64,000 bases of DNA. Origin: Anthoceros angustus. Taxonomy: Eukaryota; Plantae; Anthocerotophyta. The notes beneath the pieces are model-generated. The model had not been told where the DNA came from. It was given only the letters and a program-made list of their open reading frames with translations, and did no database searches. The stretch spans positions 1,116,001 through 1,180,000 of the forward strand of contig MU008172.1 in NCBI GenBank assembly GCA_010909165.1, in the 5' to 3' direction. Made by a program: the position numbers and the translations under genes. Shown piece after piece: positions 1 to 13,495 of the stretch (its first letter is position 1; every line of letters begins with the position of its first letter).

Positions 1-2950
1 GGCATCTATCTGTCACACAAAATGTGGATGTTCACAATAGCGACTTCAAATGCCCAGAATTGGGCCAGCAACGCCACCAGCCTCTCTCACATACCACGAC
101 ACCCATCGCTTCCGTGTCGATGCCAACCAAAGAATGTATTTAACCTTGTTATATTGTCAATGGACAACATTGGATGGCATCACCGGGCTTGAGGAGATGG
201 TCGACACGCCAATGCCCCGTGGTACGAGGCATTGGTAGACTGGCATTTGCCAACACCAGGTATAGTCGGCGATCGATTCTTTCCGTTGCGTCCATCGGAA
301 GGCTATCGCCGCAACAACGCCCGTAGTTCTCCTCATATGCGAAGATGTATGCATGCATCGAGAAGAGTTTTCCATGCATCAAGACATGGAGCTCCCAACA
401 GCACCCAAAGACACCACAATGTGGCGGAGAAGGCCGCAACCTCCATTTGAAGACGAAGCATTCCAAACTGGCGTCGCCGACGCATTGCAGGCCTGCACTA
501 GCTGTTTGCCATAAGACGTTGCAAGTGGCAGATGCCGGTATCCTAGGTGTTTATTTCTACAGTAGGGCACACGCGGGTGAACATGCCATGACGACCGACA
601 ACAAGTGCACACAGTGGCCGGAATCGCCGACTGCAGGATGTCCCGTGTGGAGTTTTGTAGCACTTCCACAAAGGGTGTGTGTAAGAAGCGAAGTTGTTGA
701 ATTGAAGTAAAGTTGGAAAGCATTGCCTTCCCAAAGTTCACCAGTACTAAAGCGTGTTTGTCACTCGAGCTTGACTCCCATTCTATTTGCCGCACACTTG
801 CTTGCATATGCGCACTCTGCCGGCTTACCTTACACATTTCTCGCAACTGCCACCGGACCGCCATGGATGGCACACCCGAAACAGAGCCTTACTACTTGCC
901 CGAACTGTCTCAGCCAATTACAGACACCCAACACATGGAGCAGCTGGTATCATTGGCAATGGCGAACCCGCCCATAGAGTACCGCGAAGGCATAAGGCGT
1001 GCACGACGGCACAGTTGTGGTGGCAGTGCACATTCAGGTTCTGAGTCCGACTCTGAGCGACCAACTCCACCGCCAAAACCAGATGGCATGATGTGCCGCT
1101 GCCTCCAATTTGGAGTGCAGCCTCGGGCCGGTGGAAGGCGATGAGAAGGTGTGGGCGCACTGATTCGATGTGCACACCCCATATGTGTGGGGAGGGGGAG
1201 AGGGTAGGTGGGTGCTCCAAGTCATGGAGGCAGCAGGGTTGCCGGAAATGCATCATCGGTTTGTCACAGCAAGAGCAAGTTTGGAGGATGATGGGCCGTT
1301 GCCTGTGCTGCGGCCTGAGCAGCATCGGCCGAACGGGAAAGTTTGGGGAGCTTGCGCAGAAAGGTTGGGTCTTGGGTTCCTGGGTCGAGCAAAGGAGCTC
1401 GCAATATTCGTGCACCAAGCAGTTGAGGCACTCCGAGAGAATTGGCGTGAACACATCGTCGTCCTCAGATTTGAGACTGCAAGGGAGAAATTGTATTGTG
1501 ACGCCATGTTGGGAGAGCACTTGTTCACACTTCTGGTGGTGCAGAAGGTGGCCCAATTTGGAGAAATTACCTCGTCACCCAACAAGGCTGATTGGATTGG
1601 TGGGAACTTGCGACGCCATTGCAGGAGGAGGCACATTTCACAAGTGGATGTGGGGAAACACATATATGTGCGCGAGAGGGGCCCTATTGGGATCAACGCT
1701 GCTACCTTCGTGGATCGCCCATTATGCGTTAAGGTCCATGCTTACATCTACAAAGATGTGGCATTGTCACTATTGTGAAGCAAAGAATTGATGGGGCAAA
1801 CTTCTGCTGTATCACGAGGGTTTTGTTCACTCACAATGTGGTGGACCATTTTGTCATATGATTTCAAAGTGAATGACGAAGGCCATTACTACTCGAGGCG
1901 GCAGACATGATCGCTGAGGCCCGCTTCACCTTGGCCGGAGGACGACTTCATGCCTTGTTGGCGGGCGATCACATGGGTACCTATTCGACAAGGACATGGA
2001 GCCAAGGATGGAGGTATATGAAGGCGAGTTCTTCATGCACAAGAGCTCAATGAAGATAGGAGTTTGACGTGGGAGGTGAGTGTGCTCGTTGTTGTTCTTG
2101 TGCAAGATTTGGTATGGCCGCAAACCATGACGGTTTTGAAAGCCGACGGCTCCAAAATGTGGTTTGCCTTTGTTTACGTTTACCACCAAGGATTCCAATC
2201 TTCAATCCACCATTGGAAGCACGGCGTGGGAGTGCGATGTTGTATGCGCAAAGGCTCAACCATGTGACGCCGCCATTCCGAGGACTCAAGCCCAAAGCTC
2301 GCTTTTGTCTCCATCTTCACACTCACAACAGAATCGAGTCGCTACACTTCTAAGAACAACAATGTATTCGCATGACAATCGAATCGTTGATCCTGTTATC
2401 CTCACCATATCGCAACGGACATCCGCATAGCCGCAGCTCATCAGATGACCGACCGTCTGGGTACATTGTCCATCTCGTATGGGTTGGATCGACGACATGC
2501 CACTTCCGAAAATACGGTTTTAGGGTACCGAACAACATCACCATGTCACGGTTTTCCACAAGGCACGCCCCGGCCCGGATACCAAGACAAGACAAAAAAA
2601 GCCAAACGCTCACAGGGAGAACCCGCCCACCCGGTGCGAGCAAGAGTGGAACCCACCAAGTGGATGTGGCGTGAGGTTTCCAAAGATATTTTAAGGGAAG
2701 GTGCATGAAAAAGCGAGCATGACAAGAGGCTGCGGACCACGCGTGGGAGGGCTTGGATGAACATAATTACAAGGGAGTTCACGGGCCCGATCGACAATGG
2801 AACTAGAACTGGGGACCTCAGCTCCGGTGTACCAAGTAGGGAAACTATTTTTTACTATAGATAAGTGAGAAAGAGGGGACGGTGCGGTTGGAGGGAAGCA
2901 TGCTGCACCCATTCAAGTAGAGAGAAGAGTAACAGACAATGTAACAAACT
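1..2950 (+). other. Degenerate coding-like region of unknown family, probably TE-derived, running off the window start
   Basis: Overlapping broken + strand ORFs (713-1144, 1170-1778, 2064-2267, 2445-2708) with no clean exon structure. It includes a Cys/His cluster (WHCHYC...HSQCGGPFCH, ~1759-1857) and is followed by AT-rich repeats. No family recognised. Confidence 0.3.
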
Positions 2951-5650
2951 TAGGCTTGTGTGACGGAGTCTCTCCCATACCATCCGTTGTAACCTTTTTG
3001 ATCACCATAACAAGAACTACAACAAAAAAACGTTACATAGGCAGCAGGTTTCTAGTAGTGATTGGCAGCCCAAGATAGAAATGAGTAAAGCAGACCAGGA
3101 GGCAGAGCCTGGGGAATAGACTTAGACTTTGATACATTTCACACGAAGTACAGCACACATTAGAACTCTTTTTTAAATTTGAACTATAACTACCCACTTA
3201 CAAGTTAAACTACCACAAAAGTCTTAGAGAAGTCTCAAGCGTATTGCAACACATATTGGAACTTTGTTCTTACAAGTAAAATTAGGATGGGCGTGGTGAG
3301 GTGTCCACATGTCGGTGAAACTTATGAAAACTTTCAACAAAAGAAAATGCTCAAAAGTGCATAGTATCCAACATCCATCCTCTAATTAGTTGAATATTTG
3401 TTTCACCTTTAATTAAAATTTTAAAATCAAATAACCAGTTATTTTTACTCTTATTCATGGGAGAACTGTATTAGTTCTACAAGAAACCCCTACTAGTACT
3501 AGCAAAATAGAAAGAAAAACCCATATTCATAGGCTATCTACACAAGTAGATCCTGCACCTTTGTAGACCTTGACCATAATTTCGTTTGGCAAAGTTGGCC
3601 ACAAAGTCATGCAGTTTACAAAATAAGAGTTTGAGACGTCTCAAGTATATTACAACACACATTGCTACTTCGCTTTCACAGTTCTAATTTCAAATGCTCA
3701 CTTACAATTAAAATTACAACAAAAGATTTTCAAAAGTCTATATCAAACTACAACATACATTGCAACTTAGTTTTTACAATTCAAATAACAAATACCCACT
3801 TACAAGTAAAATTACAACATAAGAGTATAAGAAGTCTCACGATTACAACAACACATAGCATACGCCATTGTTGTTCTTGTGCAGCATTTGGTATGGCTGC
3901 AAACCATGACGGTTTTGTGAAAGCCAGACGGCTCCAGAAAATGTGGTTTGCCTTTGTTTACGTTTACCAGCCAAGGATTCCAATCTTCAATCCACCATTG
4001 GAAGCACGACGTGTGGGAGTGCGATGTTGTATGCAGGCAGTGGCCAACCATGTGACACCGCCATTCTGAGGACTCAAGCCCACAGAGCTCTGCTTTTTGT
4101 CTCCATCTTCACACTCACAACAGCATAACTGGAGTCGCTTACACCTTCTAAGAACAACAATGTATTCGGCATGACAATCGAACTGTTGATCCTGTTATCC
4201 TCACCATACTGCAACGGACATCCGCATAGTCGCGCCTTATCAGTATGATCGACTGCCCGGGTACATTGTCCATCTCGTATGGGTTGGATCGACGACATGC
4301 CACTTCCGAAAATACGGTTTTAGGGTACCGAACAACATCACCATGTCACGGTTTTCCACAAGGCACGCCCCGGCCCGGATACCCAAGACAAGACAAAACA
4401 GCCAAACGTCTCACAGTGGAGAACCCGCCCACCCGGGTGCGAGCATGAGTGGAACCCACCAAGTGGATGTGGCGTGAGGTTTCCAGCATATTTTAACGGG
4501 AAGGTGCATGAAAAAAGCGAGCATGACAAGAGGCCAAGCGGACCACGCGTGGGAGGGCTTGGATGAACATAATTACAAGGCGGTTCACGGGCCCGATCGA
4601 CAATGGAACTAGAACTGGGACCTCATCCGTGTGTACCAAGTAGTGAAACTATTTTTACTATAGATAAGTGAGAAAGAGGGACGGTGCGGTTGGAGGAAGC
4701 ATCGCACCCATTCAAGTAGAGAGAAGAGTAAGACAATGTAACAAACTTAGGCTTGTGTGACGGAGTCTCTCCCATACCATCCGTTGTAACCTTTTGATCA
4801 CCATAACAAGAACTACAACAAAAACGTTACATAGGCAGTTTCTAGTAGTGATTGGCAGCCCAAGATAGAAATGAGTAAAGGGACTGTGAGGCGAGCTGGG
4901 AATAGACTTAGACTTTGATACATTTCACACGTACAAAGACACATTAGAACTCTTTTTTAAATTTGAACTATAACTACCCACTTACAAGTTAAACTACCAC
5001 AAAAGTCTTAGAGAAGTCTCAAGCGTATTGCAACACATATTGGAACTTTGTTCTTACAAGTAAAATTAGGATGGAAGCGTGGTGAGGTGTCCACATGTCA
5101 GTGAAACTTATGAAAAACTTTCAACAAAAGAAAATGCTCAAAAGTGCATAGTATCCAACATCCATCCTCTAATTAGTTGAATATTTGTTTCACCTTTAAT
5201 TAAAATTTTAAAATCAAATAACCAGTTATTTTTTACTCTTATTCATGGGAGAACTGTATTAGTTCTACAAGAAACCCCTACTAGTACTAGCAAAATAGAA
5301 AGAAAAACCCATATTCATAGGCTATCTACACAAGTAGATCCTGCACCTTTGTAGACCTTGACCATAATTTCGTTTGGCAAAGTTGGCCACAAAGTCATGC
5401 AGTTTACAAAATAAGAGTTTGAGACGTCTCAAGTATATTACAACACACATTGCTACTTCGCTTTCACAGTTCTAATTTCAAATGCTCACTTACAATTAAA
5501 ATTACAACAAAAGATTTTCAAAAGTCTATATCAAACTACAACATACATTGCAACTTAGTTTTTACAATTCAAATAACAAATACCCACTTACAAGTAAAAT
5601 TACAACATAAGAGTATAAGAAGTCTCAGTCGATTACAACACATAGTACGA
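2088..5650. repeat. Tandem duplication, ~1.78 kb unit (2088-3866 / 3868-5650)
   Basis: Collinear copies starting 'ttgttcttgtgca...ggtatggc.gcaaaccatgacgg'. They differ mainly by 1-3 nt indels in the first half and are near-identical in the second half. Confidence 0.95.
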
Positions 5651-5810
5651 CTCGCTTGTACAATTCGAATAACAAATACTCACTTACAAGTAAAATTACA
5701 ACACAAGGCTGTGAGACATCTCACTCGAATTTCAGCACACTTTGTAACTCTGCTTTTACAATTCGAATAATAATCACCCACTTACAAGTAAAATTATAAC
5801 ACAAGATTAC
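5410..5810. repeat. Degenerate ~97-bp AT-rich minisatellite
   Basis: Core CACTTACAA(G/T)TAAAATTA(C/T)AAC at 5487, 5585, 5681 and 5779 (spacing 98/96/98). Related cores occur near 3195, 3270, 3700 and 3797. Confidence 0.8.
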
Positions 5811-6747
5811 AATATATGTATATATTTTAATAAGTTGGAACTCCAAATATGTGCACATCGAGCCTTATTAAGCGCCACTTCCACCTAAAAGAAAAATAAA
5901 AAGGGAGAAGTTTGCAAGCCCATGTCTCAAACGACATCTTTTGATATGGATGATAGTAGGTAATTTAAATTAGAAAGATATATATGATCAAAAGAAGTTG
6001 GGGAGACTTCATGTAGAAAGAAAGGAAAAAACACTATCTTCACCGAATAAAAAGGGTTCAACCCAACAAGGGGCACCAAACCAAGGGGGACTAACTCCCA
6101 CAATCACTTTTCTCAAAACTACCTACCGCCCTAAGAATCTCGTGATCGGGGATAAGAAAGGGCTTACCTACCACCGCCGCCGAAGAAACCGCCTCCCCTG
6201 CACTAGTCGCCATCTTGTAGACCTCGTTCGCCAACGCTCTTTGCAGGGATGGACACCTCTTGCCTGAAGAAAGACATAATATAAGAAAGGGGAAAACTAA
6301 CCCCTTTCTTGCGGTCGTGGTAAGCCTTAGCACAGGCCTCCAGACCTACGTGATTAAACGTAATTTATATTTATAATAGGTAATAAACTTTAATATCATT
6401 TAAAATAAATATTAAGAACGCGTTACGACGTATGTAATTCGTTTGTCTCTCACTTCGTGTTGTACTTTTCAGCTACCATACACTGCAATGAAGGGTATTT
6501 AGTGTCTCGGACAGTGAGCTGGTGAGGAGGACCGGCATACCAGCTATGGCTGCTGGCTGATTTATAATTGTGGTTATTGCTCGTCACAGGTTGGGTTGGG
6601 TTGGGTTGTTTGTTAGCATCCCAGAAGCAGGAGGCAGTGCAAGAGCCACACCAAGACCCTGTGCAAGAGCCAGAGCCGAAGCCAAAGCAAGGGCTAGAGC
6701 AAGAGTCAAAGTAGAAGCAAAGGCAGCAGAGGATCTGCGAAAGCAGG

Positions 6748-8339
6748 ATGAACAAGGTTGTGTGCCCTGAGTGCCGGAGGGCCACGGAGGTGGTGGTGGA
6801 CCATGCAGCGGGGGACATGGTGTGCTCCGAGTGCGGCTTGGTGCTTGAAGCCCACTCCATAGACGAGTCCTCAGAGTGGAGAACATTCTCCAACGAGTCC
6901 GCTTCCAACGACCCTGTCCGTGTGGGAGGCCCTTCGAATCCCTTGCTCACGGACGGTGGCTTGTCCACCATCATTACCAAGCCCAATGGTGCGCAGAGTG
7001 ACGCCATGTCGTCGCTAGGCCGGTGGCAGAATCGGGGCTCCAATCCTGACCGGAGCCTTATCCTTGCTTTCCGCACGATTGGGACTATTGCTGATAGGTG
7101 CGTTCTGGAAGGGTGTCATTTGTGGATGGTGAGAAGAAGCTTGGATCTGATGGTTGGTGGAGGTAGGGTTTGGCTCTAGTTGTGTTTGCTTGCTTGCCTG
7201 GTGCGTTGTGCTGACTTGCGGTGCTGATTGTTGCAGATTGGGACTAGTGTCCACGATAAAGGTGTGTTGAGTTCCAAATTACACGTTCGGGTTGTGCTCA
7301 TGATGCAATGAAAGCCCTGCTTGCATTGCATAAGGGCGTTGTGTAATGGGACCCTTCGTTGTGAAGGATCGGGCAAATGAGTTGTACAAGAAGGTGGAAG
7401 ACCTCAAATCCATTCGGGGAAGAAGTCAGGATGCGATCCTGGCTGCTTGTCTCTACATTGCTTGTAGGCAAGAAGATAAACCTCGCACTTTCAAAGGTTA
7501 AAATATTTGCAGTGTGACTTGTGGTGGTTTCTATGTTGACTGTTAAAATGAGGTGAGTGTTCTGAATTTTCTAGCTGGTTTTAGAGATTCGATCTGTTGC
7601 AAACGGAGCCTCCATCAAGGATATTGGCCGAGCAACTAGGTATATTGTGAAGCAGCTGGAAGAGGAGATGGGTGAGCGCATGGAGATGGGCTCAATCCAT
7701 CCTAGGGACTTCTTGGTAAGGTGCTGGATACGTGCTTCATTTCTTAGAAGAAAGTGGTCCGGCTCCCCTAACTTATGCAAGGCTGTGTGCTCATGTCTCT
7801 CCAGAGGCGATTCTGTTCTCATTTGGGCATGAGCAATGCCACTCTGAGAGCCACCATGGAGGCTGTTGAGACAATAGTGGACCTTGATATCAGGTGATCC
7901 ATTGCTAGCTGAAAGATGTATTCGAGGCTTTATGGTGGAATGTATCACCACTTACGAGGCCCCGTTGCACGAGCTATTGCAGAAAAAGCCCAATATCGAT
8001 TGCAGCTGCAGCAATATACATGATTTCCGAACTTTCAGGCGAGAAAAAGCCGTTGAAAGGTATCCTTATCTGCTATACTGCCTCCATCTTGACTGCTATC
8101 CTGGCCTCCATCTTGACTGCGATCCTGGCCTCCTTCTTGATTGCTAAAGCAAATGCAAGAAGTATCGAGGTGCTGACATGGCTCATCTTGACTCTGCAGA
8201 CATCTCTCTTGTAGCTGGTGTGGCAGAGGGAACAATCAGGAATTCATACAAAGATCTCTACCCACATGCACATAAGCTGGTCCCAGAATGGTTTCTCAAG
8301 GAAGGCAAATTCACCTTGAAGAATCTTCCTGCTCCCTAG
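6748..8339 (+). CDS. TFIIB: Transcription initiation factor IIB (7 exons: 6748-7097, 7237-7261, 7367-7496, 7585-7715, 7805-7893, 7983-8059, 8200-8339)
   Basis: Zn ribbon CPEC...[17 protein letters not shown]-reader [10 protein letters not shown], cyclin repeats [28 protein letters not shown] and [12 protein letters not shown]...[18 protein letters not shown] introns keep the frame. Confidence 0.97.
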
Positions 8340-10699
8340 ATTTGGGCGATGTGCCTTGTTAACCTCAGTGTAGAGCTTTGTGTTCTCAAGCGACCTCGGA
8401 CCATAGTTCGGCTTCTCCGTGACCTTCGCCTTCTGTTGCCACCTTGTATGTCTTGATGGGTAATACTTTCTTTCGCGCAGACTAATCGTGGATAGGCACG
8501 CATGCGTCACGACATGCAAGATTGGATATGGCTTACTGATAATTCACCGCCACAAGATGTAGCTCACTAATAACCTATGATCAGAAGATACGTAAAAGTT
8601 ATAACATTAGGGGGCCTTTAGTGGATACTTCCTGTTCGGTCCCAAATGGGTTATGATTTTGATTTATTTTTAAATTAGGGTTACTATCAGCATAAGGGTA
8701 TGCAGGTGCTGTTAGTCCAGTTGCCTTATTAAGCAAGTTCAGTTAGTCGATGTACCACTTAACTCACTAAGCAAGTTCACGCATGGTGAAGTATCATGGC
8801 GTGCAGGCTAAGCCTTACGATAGCACTTAGTGAAGTGCGCTGGCTTGCAAGCCATGCCCTAGGACAACTAATACGGCTGATAGCACCAGGCTCTGTCGGC
8901 AACTGAATCCTCAGGTTTGCTGGTCGGCAGGGGAAAGCTTAGGCGGCAAGATTGCTAGAGGTAGTGATAGTGCTTGCATGCTAGTACACACGTAAAATGC
9001 CAAATACAGAGTAGCCGTTAGCATGTAGCTAATGCTAGGACAGATTCGTGAACAAAGGCAGACACAGGTAGGCCTAACGGAATTTAAGTCCCATGACGGA
9101 AATCCGTCCTTAGTGGACTTAAATAAAATTCTTCTTCTTCTTCTTCTAACCATTTATCGTAGCCCTTTGAAAATAAACCATTAATTTATCAACCGGGGCG
9201 TTCCCTAACTGCCGAGGGCTGCTTATCTTGGCTCCAAGGAGTAGGCCGCCGTGCCCACTTCTTGCTGCTTCTTACTATGGATGATAGGAGATCATCAAAG
9301 AGTTGGGGGGTGTTAGTCATCCACACACCCAAGCTCTGCCACAGAGCCCTCTCCTCCCAACCTCTCAACATACAGCTCTCAGGTTCCCTACTCATGGCTA
9401 CCGAAAGCTCCCTAGCGAAAACTGCCTAAAGTTTCCATACGCTCCCATAACCTCTCTAGACTTCTCAAGGACTCTCCACACTCCCAAGGCCTCTCAAGGC
9501 TCCCAGCACCTGTGTGGAATCCACAACTTCTAGGCTCTCAAAGCCAAATGACATCTTCTAAGCCTCTTCACAACCTAACTCCTTTTAATTACATTTCTTA
9601 CTCCTTTTATTCACTCTTTAATCCACTGACCCAGTTAATCTCATATTCCACGGACTGGTCCCTTGTAGGACCTTTTTATAAAACCTAGGAATGCGAGCAA
9701 CCACGAGTACCTACCCAATCATGTGCTTGTGAAAAGACTGTTTTGAAAGGGGCCTTGGCAGTCCATGCCCTGACAGCCTGGTCACGACTCCTCAGGCCCT
9801 CTAGCAGATAAGTGTTTCGTCTCCTCTCCTATACTGTTGAGGACCCAGATACTTCTGACAACGGCTTGTGACTTCGACCCTGCTCTCGTGGCTTAATGAA
9901 CACACTCTGGAGGCAACTAGCTGAACACAATGACAGATCACTGGTCACACACTTGTTACTAAATGCAGGATAAGGAAAAATGGGGAATCCCCTAGATGCT
10001 AGGCCTGTAGACAAGATCCTTGATCACTGTCAGAACAATTTCTCCACATACACATGCACAATACTCTGTACAGATGATGGCACTTTCCATACTCACACAA
10101 GTGAAGACAAGCATGCAACTGTGAGGCCTGTGATCAGATGTTGTACAAGACCTGCTCTAGGCAGCAAGACCTAACAACAACGAAAGACCAGGACGCACGA
10201 AGAAGGAACTGAATGATGCTTCCCGCCTAGAACTGGTAGGGGACCCCCTTGCTCTAATACATTTTCCAGCCAGCCTTGGCTGGTCCTCCAGCTTGGGGGA
10301 GGCATACCTCCGCCACATATCCCTCCATCAAGGTAGCGTCTTCCGCTTTAACAGCTTCCCTGGCTAAACAAGGAAAGCACTCTGCTGGCAATGCTTGCTG
10401 GCGGGAAAGAGCCGTTCACGCACACCCTTCCTCACACGCTCAAACTTGCCACTATGCATAATCTTGGCACATTTTAATTTCTATTCTTCTCCCCTTCTCC
10501 TCTATGTATCAAAATATTTTTAATTAAAAAATAGTTTTGTAATCTTCATTTGCTATACGTAGGGAAGCGTAATAGGTACTACCAACCTAATTCACAGACG
10601 GTGTATGACCCATGGTGCAGCAGTAGTGAATGAAAACACTTTCATGGCGCTCTAACCTAGGTTGGTGGCTAGCACGCGGTGGTTGCATAGTGAGGAGCA

Positions 10700-11632
10700 A
10701 TGGAGCAGGAGCAGGAGCAAGAGCAAGAGCAAGAGCACGAGCAAGAGGAGGAGCAGGTGCTTCTGGAGATAAAAGCGGGGCGCATGACACTGGAGGGCAC
10801 GCGAGTGGTAGCAGACACGCGCAAGGGCCTGCTGCGCCTTATGCGACTGCCGCCTGACTCTCTGCTGCATGTTCGGTGGGAGGGAGCCGGGGGTGAGGTG
10901 GAGGACGACCAACTCGTCTTCCCCAACGAGGCCGTGTTCGAGAAGGTGACGCAGTCCCCGGGCAGGGTCTACATCCTGCGCTTCCTGCACGACTCCCGCA
11001 AGTTCTTCTACTGGATGCAGGGCCCGCCAGCAGCGCAGGACGACCAGGAGCTGTGTCGCCAGGTGAACCAGATTCTCAACGAGGACGATTCCGACTCGGA
11101 CCAGCCCCCACCCGGTCAGGACCCCGAGCCGGAGTCGGAGCCCGAGCCCGAGCCCGTGGCCGCGCCCGTGCAGCTCATCGATCTGCAGCGCATTCTCAAC
11201 AACCTCAGCCAGCAGCAGGTGGGAGCCCTGCAGTTGCCGGCGCAGGCTCAGGCGCAGCAGCTCAAGGACCAGGGCCCCGGATTCACCGATATCTTTAGGC
11301 CCGAAATTGTGCTGCCGCTGCTGGAGCAACGCGTGGTGGACGAAAGGCTTGCGCCTTACTTGCCGGAGGGCATGCGAACGCTGGAAGACATTGCCGACTT
11401 GATTCCTAGTCCGCAGTTCCAGCAGCAGCTAGATGCCTTCACTGCAGCTGTTCGGAGCGGCCAGATTGACCTTACGCAGTTTGGGATTCATCCCTCCACG
11501 TTCGTGTACTCCGTATCTGGATTTTTGGAAGCCATCGAAGACCTCACGCCCGCCGTTCCCGACATCGAAACTCCTAGCACGGGAAAGGACCAGGACAACG
11601 ACACCGATATGGATTGCGCGGAAGAGAAGTGA
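10700..11632 (+). CDS. RPN13: 26S proteasome ubiquitin receptor RPN13/ADRM1, single exon, 310 aa
   Basis: N-terminal PRU domain (LLEIKAGRM...VVADTRKGLLRL...FPNEAVFEKV...GRVYILRF...FFYWMQ) and C-terminal UCH-binding region (SPQFQQQLDAFT...SGQIDLTQFGI). Confidence 0.93.
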   Translation: MEQEQEQEQEQEHEQEEEQVLLEIKAGRMTLEGTRVVADTRKGLLRLMRLPPDSLLHVRWEGAGGEVEDDQLVFPNEAVFEKVTQSPGRVYILRFLHDSRKFFYWMQGPPAAQDDQELCRQVNQILNEDDSDSDQPPPGQDPEPESEPEPEPVAAPVQLIDLQRILNNLSQQQVGALQLPAQAQAQQLKDQGPGFTDIFRPEIVLPLLEQRVVDERLAPYLPEGMRTLEDIADLIPSPQFQQQLDAFTAAVRSGQIDLTQFGIHPSTFVYSVSGFLEAIEDLTPAVPDIETPSTGKDQDNDTDMDCAEEK

Positions 11633-11766
11633 GTTCACCGTTGAAGGATCGTTGTCCACGTTTTTGTCTGTTACAAATTTTGATAGCAAGGGTTACAAGC
11701 TTTCCAGGCTAACACCGAGCAGTCCTTAACGTTGAGCCCCTCTCCCAACATCCGCTTCGATCGAGA

Positions 11767-13495
11767 TCAACTCAGATACTCGGGCAAGGCTTCACCATTT
11801 CCATCCCCGTTACCGCCAACACGCGAAAGCACATCGGGCGCCCCTTTCTGATCTCTTGCTATCTGCGGGCATCGGGAGCTCCTGACGTCAGTGAGCAAGA
11901 TTAAAAGAACGCATGACTCCGATTCACTACGTTTTCTTCTGGAACTCACCAGAATTTCTTCGTCCAGATACGAGATGATCAGCTGCCTTGAGTATGTACC
12001 GGCTGCAGTCCAAGTTTGAGCATTTTCAGCACTTGGAACGCTGATAGATGTGCGACAAAGACCAGGAAAACATGCACATGCGGTTGAAAAGGGCGCGAGC
12101 ATACAAAGAGGTAATTTCAAACCGTCGTTGACTGTCTGCTTCACAGTTTCGGGAAAGTTCTGATAAACACCAAGCAGTTGGTCGACCACACCCTTCAGCT
12201 GTGGTGGGACTGTGCCCTCTGGAACGGCAGGAGTCTCCACTGTTCCCTCCACGTATTCTTCCTTCAACTTCATTGGCCCCTCTACAACCAACTTGGTACT
12301 TAACCTCACACTACTCTTTATCTGCGAACCACAGATGACAACAAGTTCCGAACATGGCCTCACATGCTGTGACATCAAAGATTTAGCTAGCCTAGGTCAA
12401 CAAAAACATTTACTGCTGGATCCAAATGCACTGGCAGCCCTGTCCCCAGCCACAGGAGTGAACTTACGCTATTGAGAAGATTAACTGATGCTACGACAGT
12501 TGCACCTTCTTCTGCAATCGTGACAGTCAAGGAGCTGATATTTACGAATGCTGACGGGAACCTCCTGAAATAAAAGCATCCTGAGAATTAGTTCAAAGGC
12601 ATTTTGCAACCACCTGCAGAAAGAAGCAAAGCAGGAGTGTCCAGACTTGTGTGACACCTACTGCAACACCAATCGAGCGGCTCTCAGGCCAGGTGAACCG
12701 GCTCCAGCCCATTGGAAGGACCACACCCCCTCCAGCAACGGAGAGCTGCAACAACAATTCCAAGGAAATGAAATCCACATCCCCCATGTACAGAAATGCC
12801 CTGCATTGGTCATGCTGACTGCAAAAGCACACAACCCGCAGATCCCCTTCTGGTTCTTCCCAGCCAAGTCGGTGACGGCAATGCGTAGGGTACATGAGTG
12901 AGGCGTGCTCAAAGGAGAAGGGCAAACGTGAATGCGTACGTGGTTGGTCTGGGGGTGGGATTCAAGCGTTCCAAGCTGAGTATTTTCTCATTGACATCAA
13001 CGCGCCCACTATCACTCCCAGTACCTGAACTAAATGCTTCCACGCCACCCGTGTCCTTGATCTGCACGGCAACACGGTGGTAGGTGGTTTGGACGACATG
13101 ACAAAGTAGGGCAACGGAGAGAAAGGTGGGCATCCGAGCAAGGAGGAACTAAATTTACCCTGGGCCAGTGAGATCTGCAATCCTCCTAGGTAGTCCTTGC
13201 TACAGCAAAAGAATGGGTGGAGACCAACCGCCAAAAGAAGGGCCTCCTTGGCAGCTACTCGCTCCATCTCTTTGGCAAACTGCGCCGTGCTGGTGCTGGT
13301 TGCGGAGGGGAAGCTGGCTTTGCATGCCCATCCTCTTAGAACGACGGGTGATTTCACAGAGCCGTGAGATGGAACGCTGGGCGAGAGCGTGCGCGGGCGA
13401 AGCCGCTGGCACTGGCCTGTCGAAGGGCGCTCCACAGAGAAGGGGGATGCGCGAAGGAGAGCCAGATGCAGCTGCTGAGTAAGAGCAACCGCCAT
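11767..13495 (-). CDS. FBN7: Plastid lipid-associated protein / fibrillin, FBN7 (PGL34/PAP13)-like, multi-exon
   Basis: Transit-peptide-like N-terminus, then AKEMERVAAKEALLLA|IKDTGG...RVDVNEKILSLERLNPTPRPTT|SPLLEGVWSFQWAGAGSPGL...KLVVEGPMKLKEEYVEG...ISYLDEEIL|IARDQKGAPDVLSR, which matches the fibrillin-7 subfamily. Confidence 0.9.

Noticed and set aside
5410-5810. CRISPR-like array
   Set aside because: Eukaryotic context, mutually similar intervening sequences, degenerate repeats and no cas genes.
8700-10460. Possible decayed LTR-element remnant (PBS-like gctctaatac near 10250, TGTC...GACA at 8894-9775)
   Set aside because: No TSD, paired repeats or coding motifs found.
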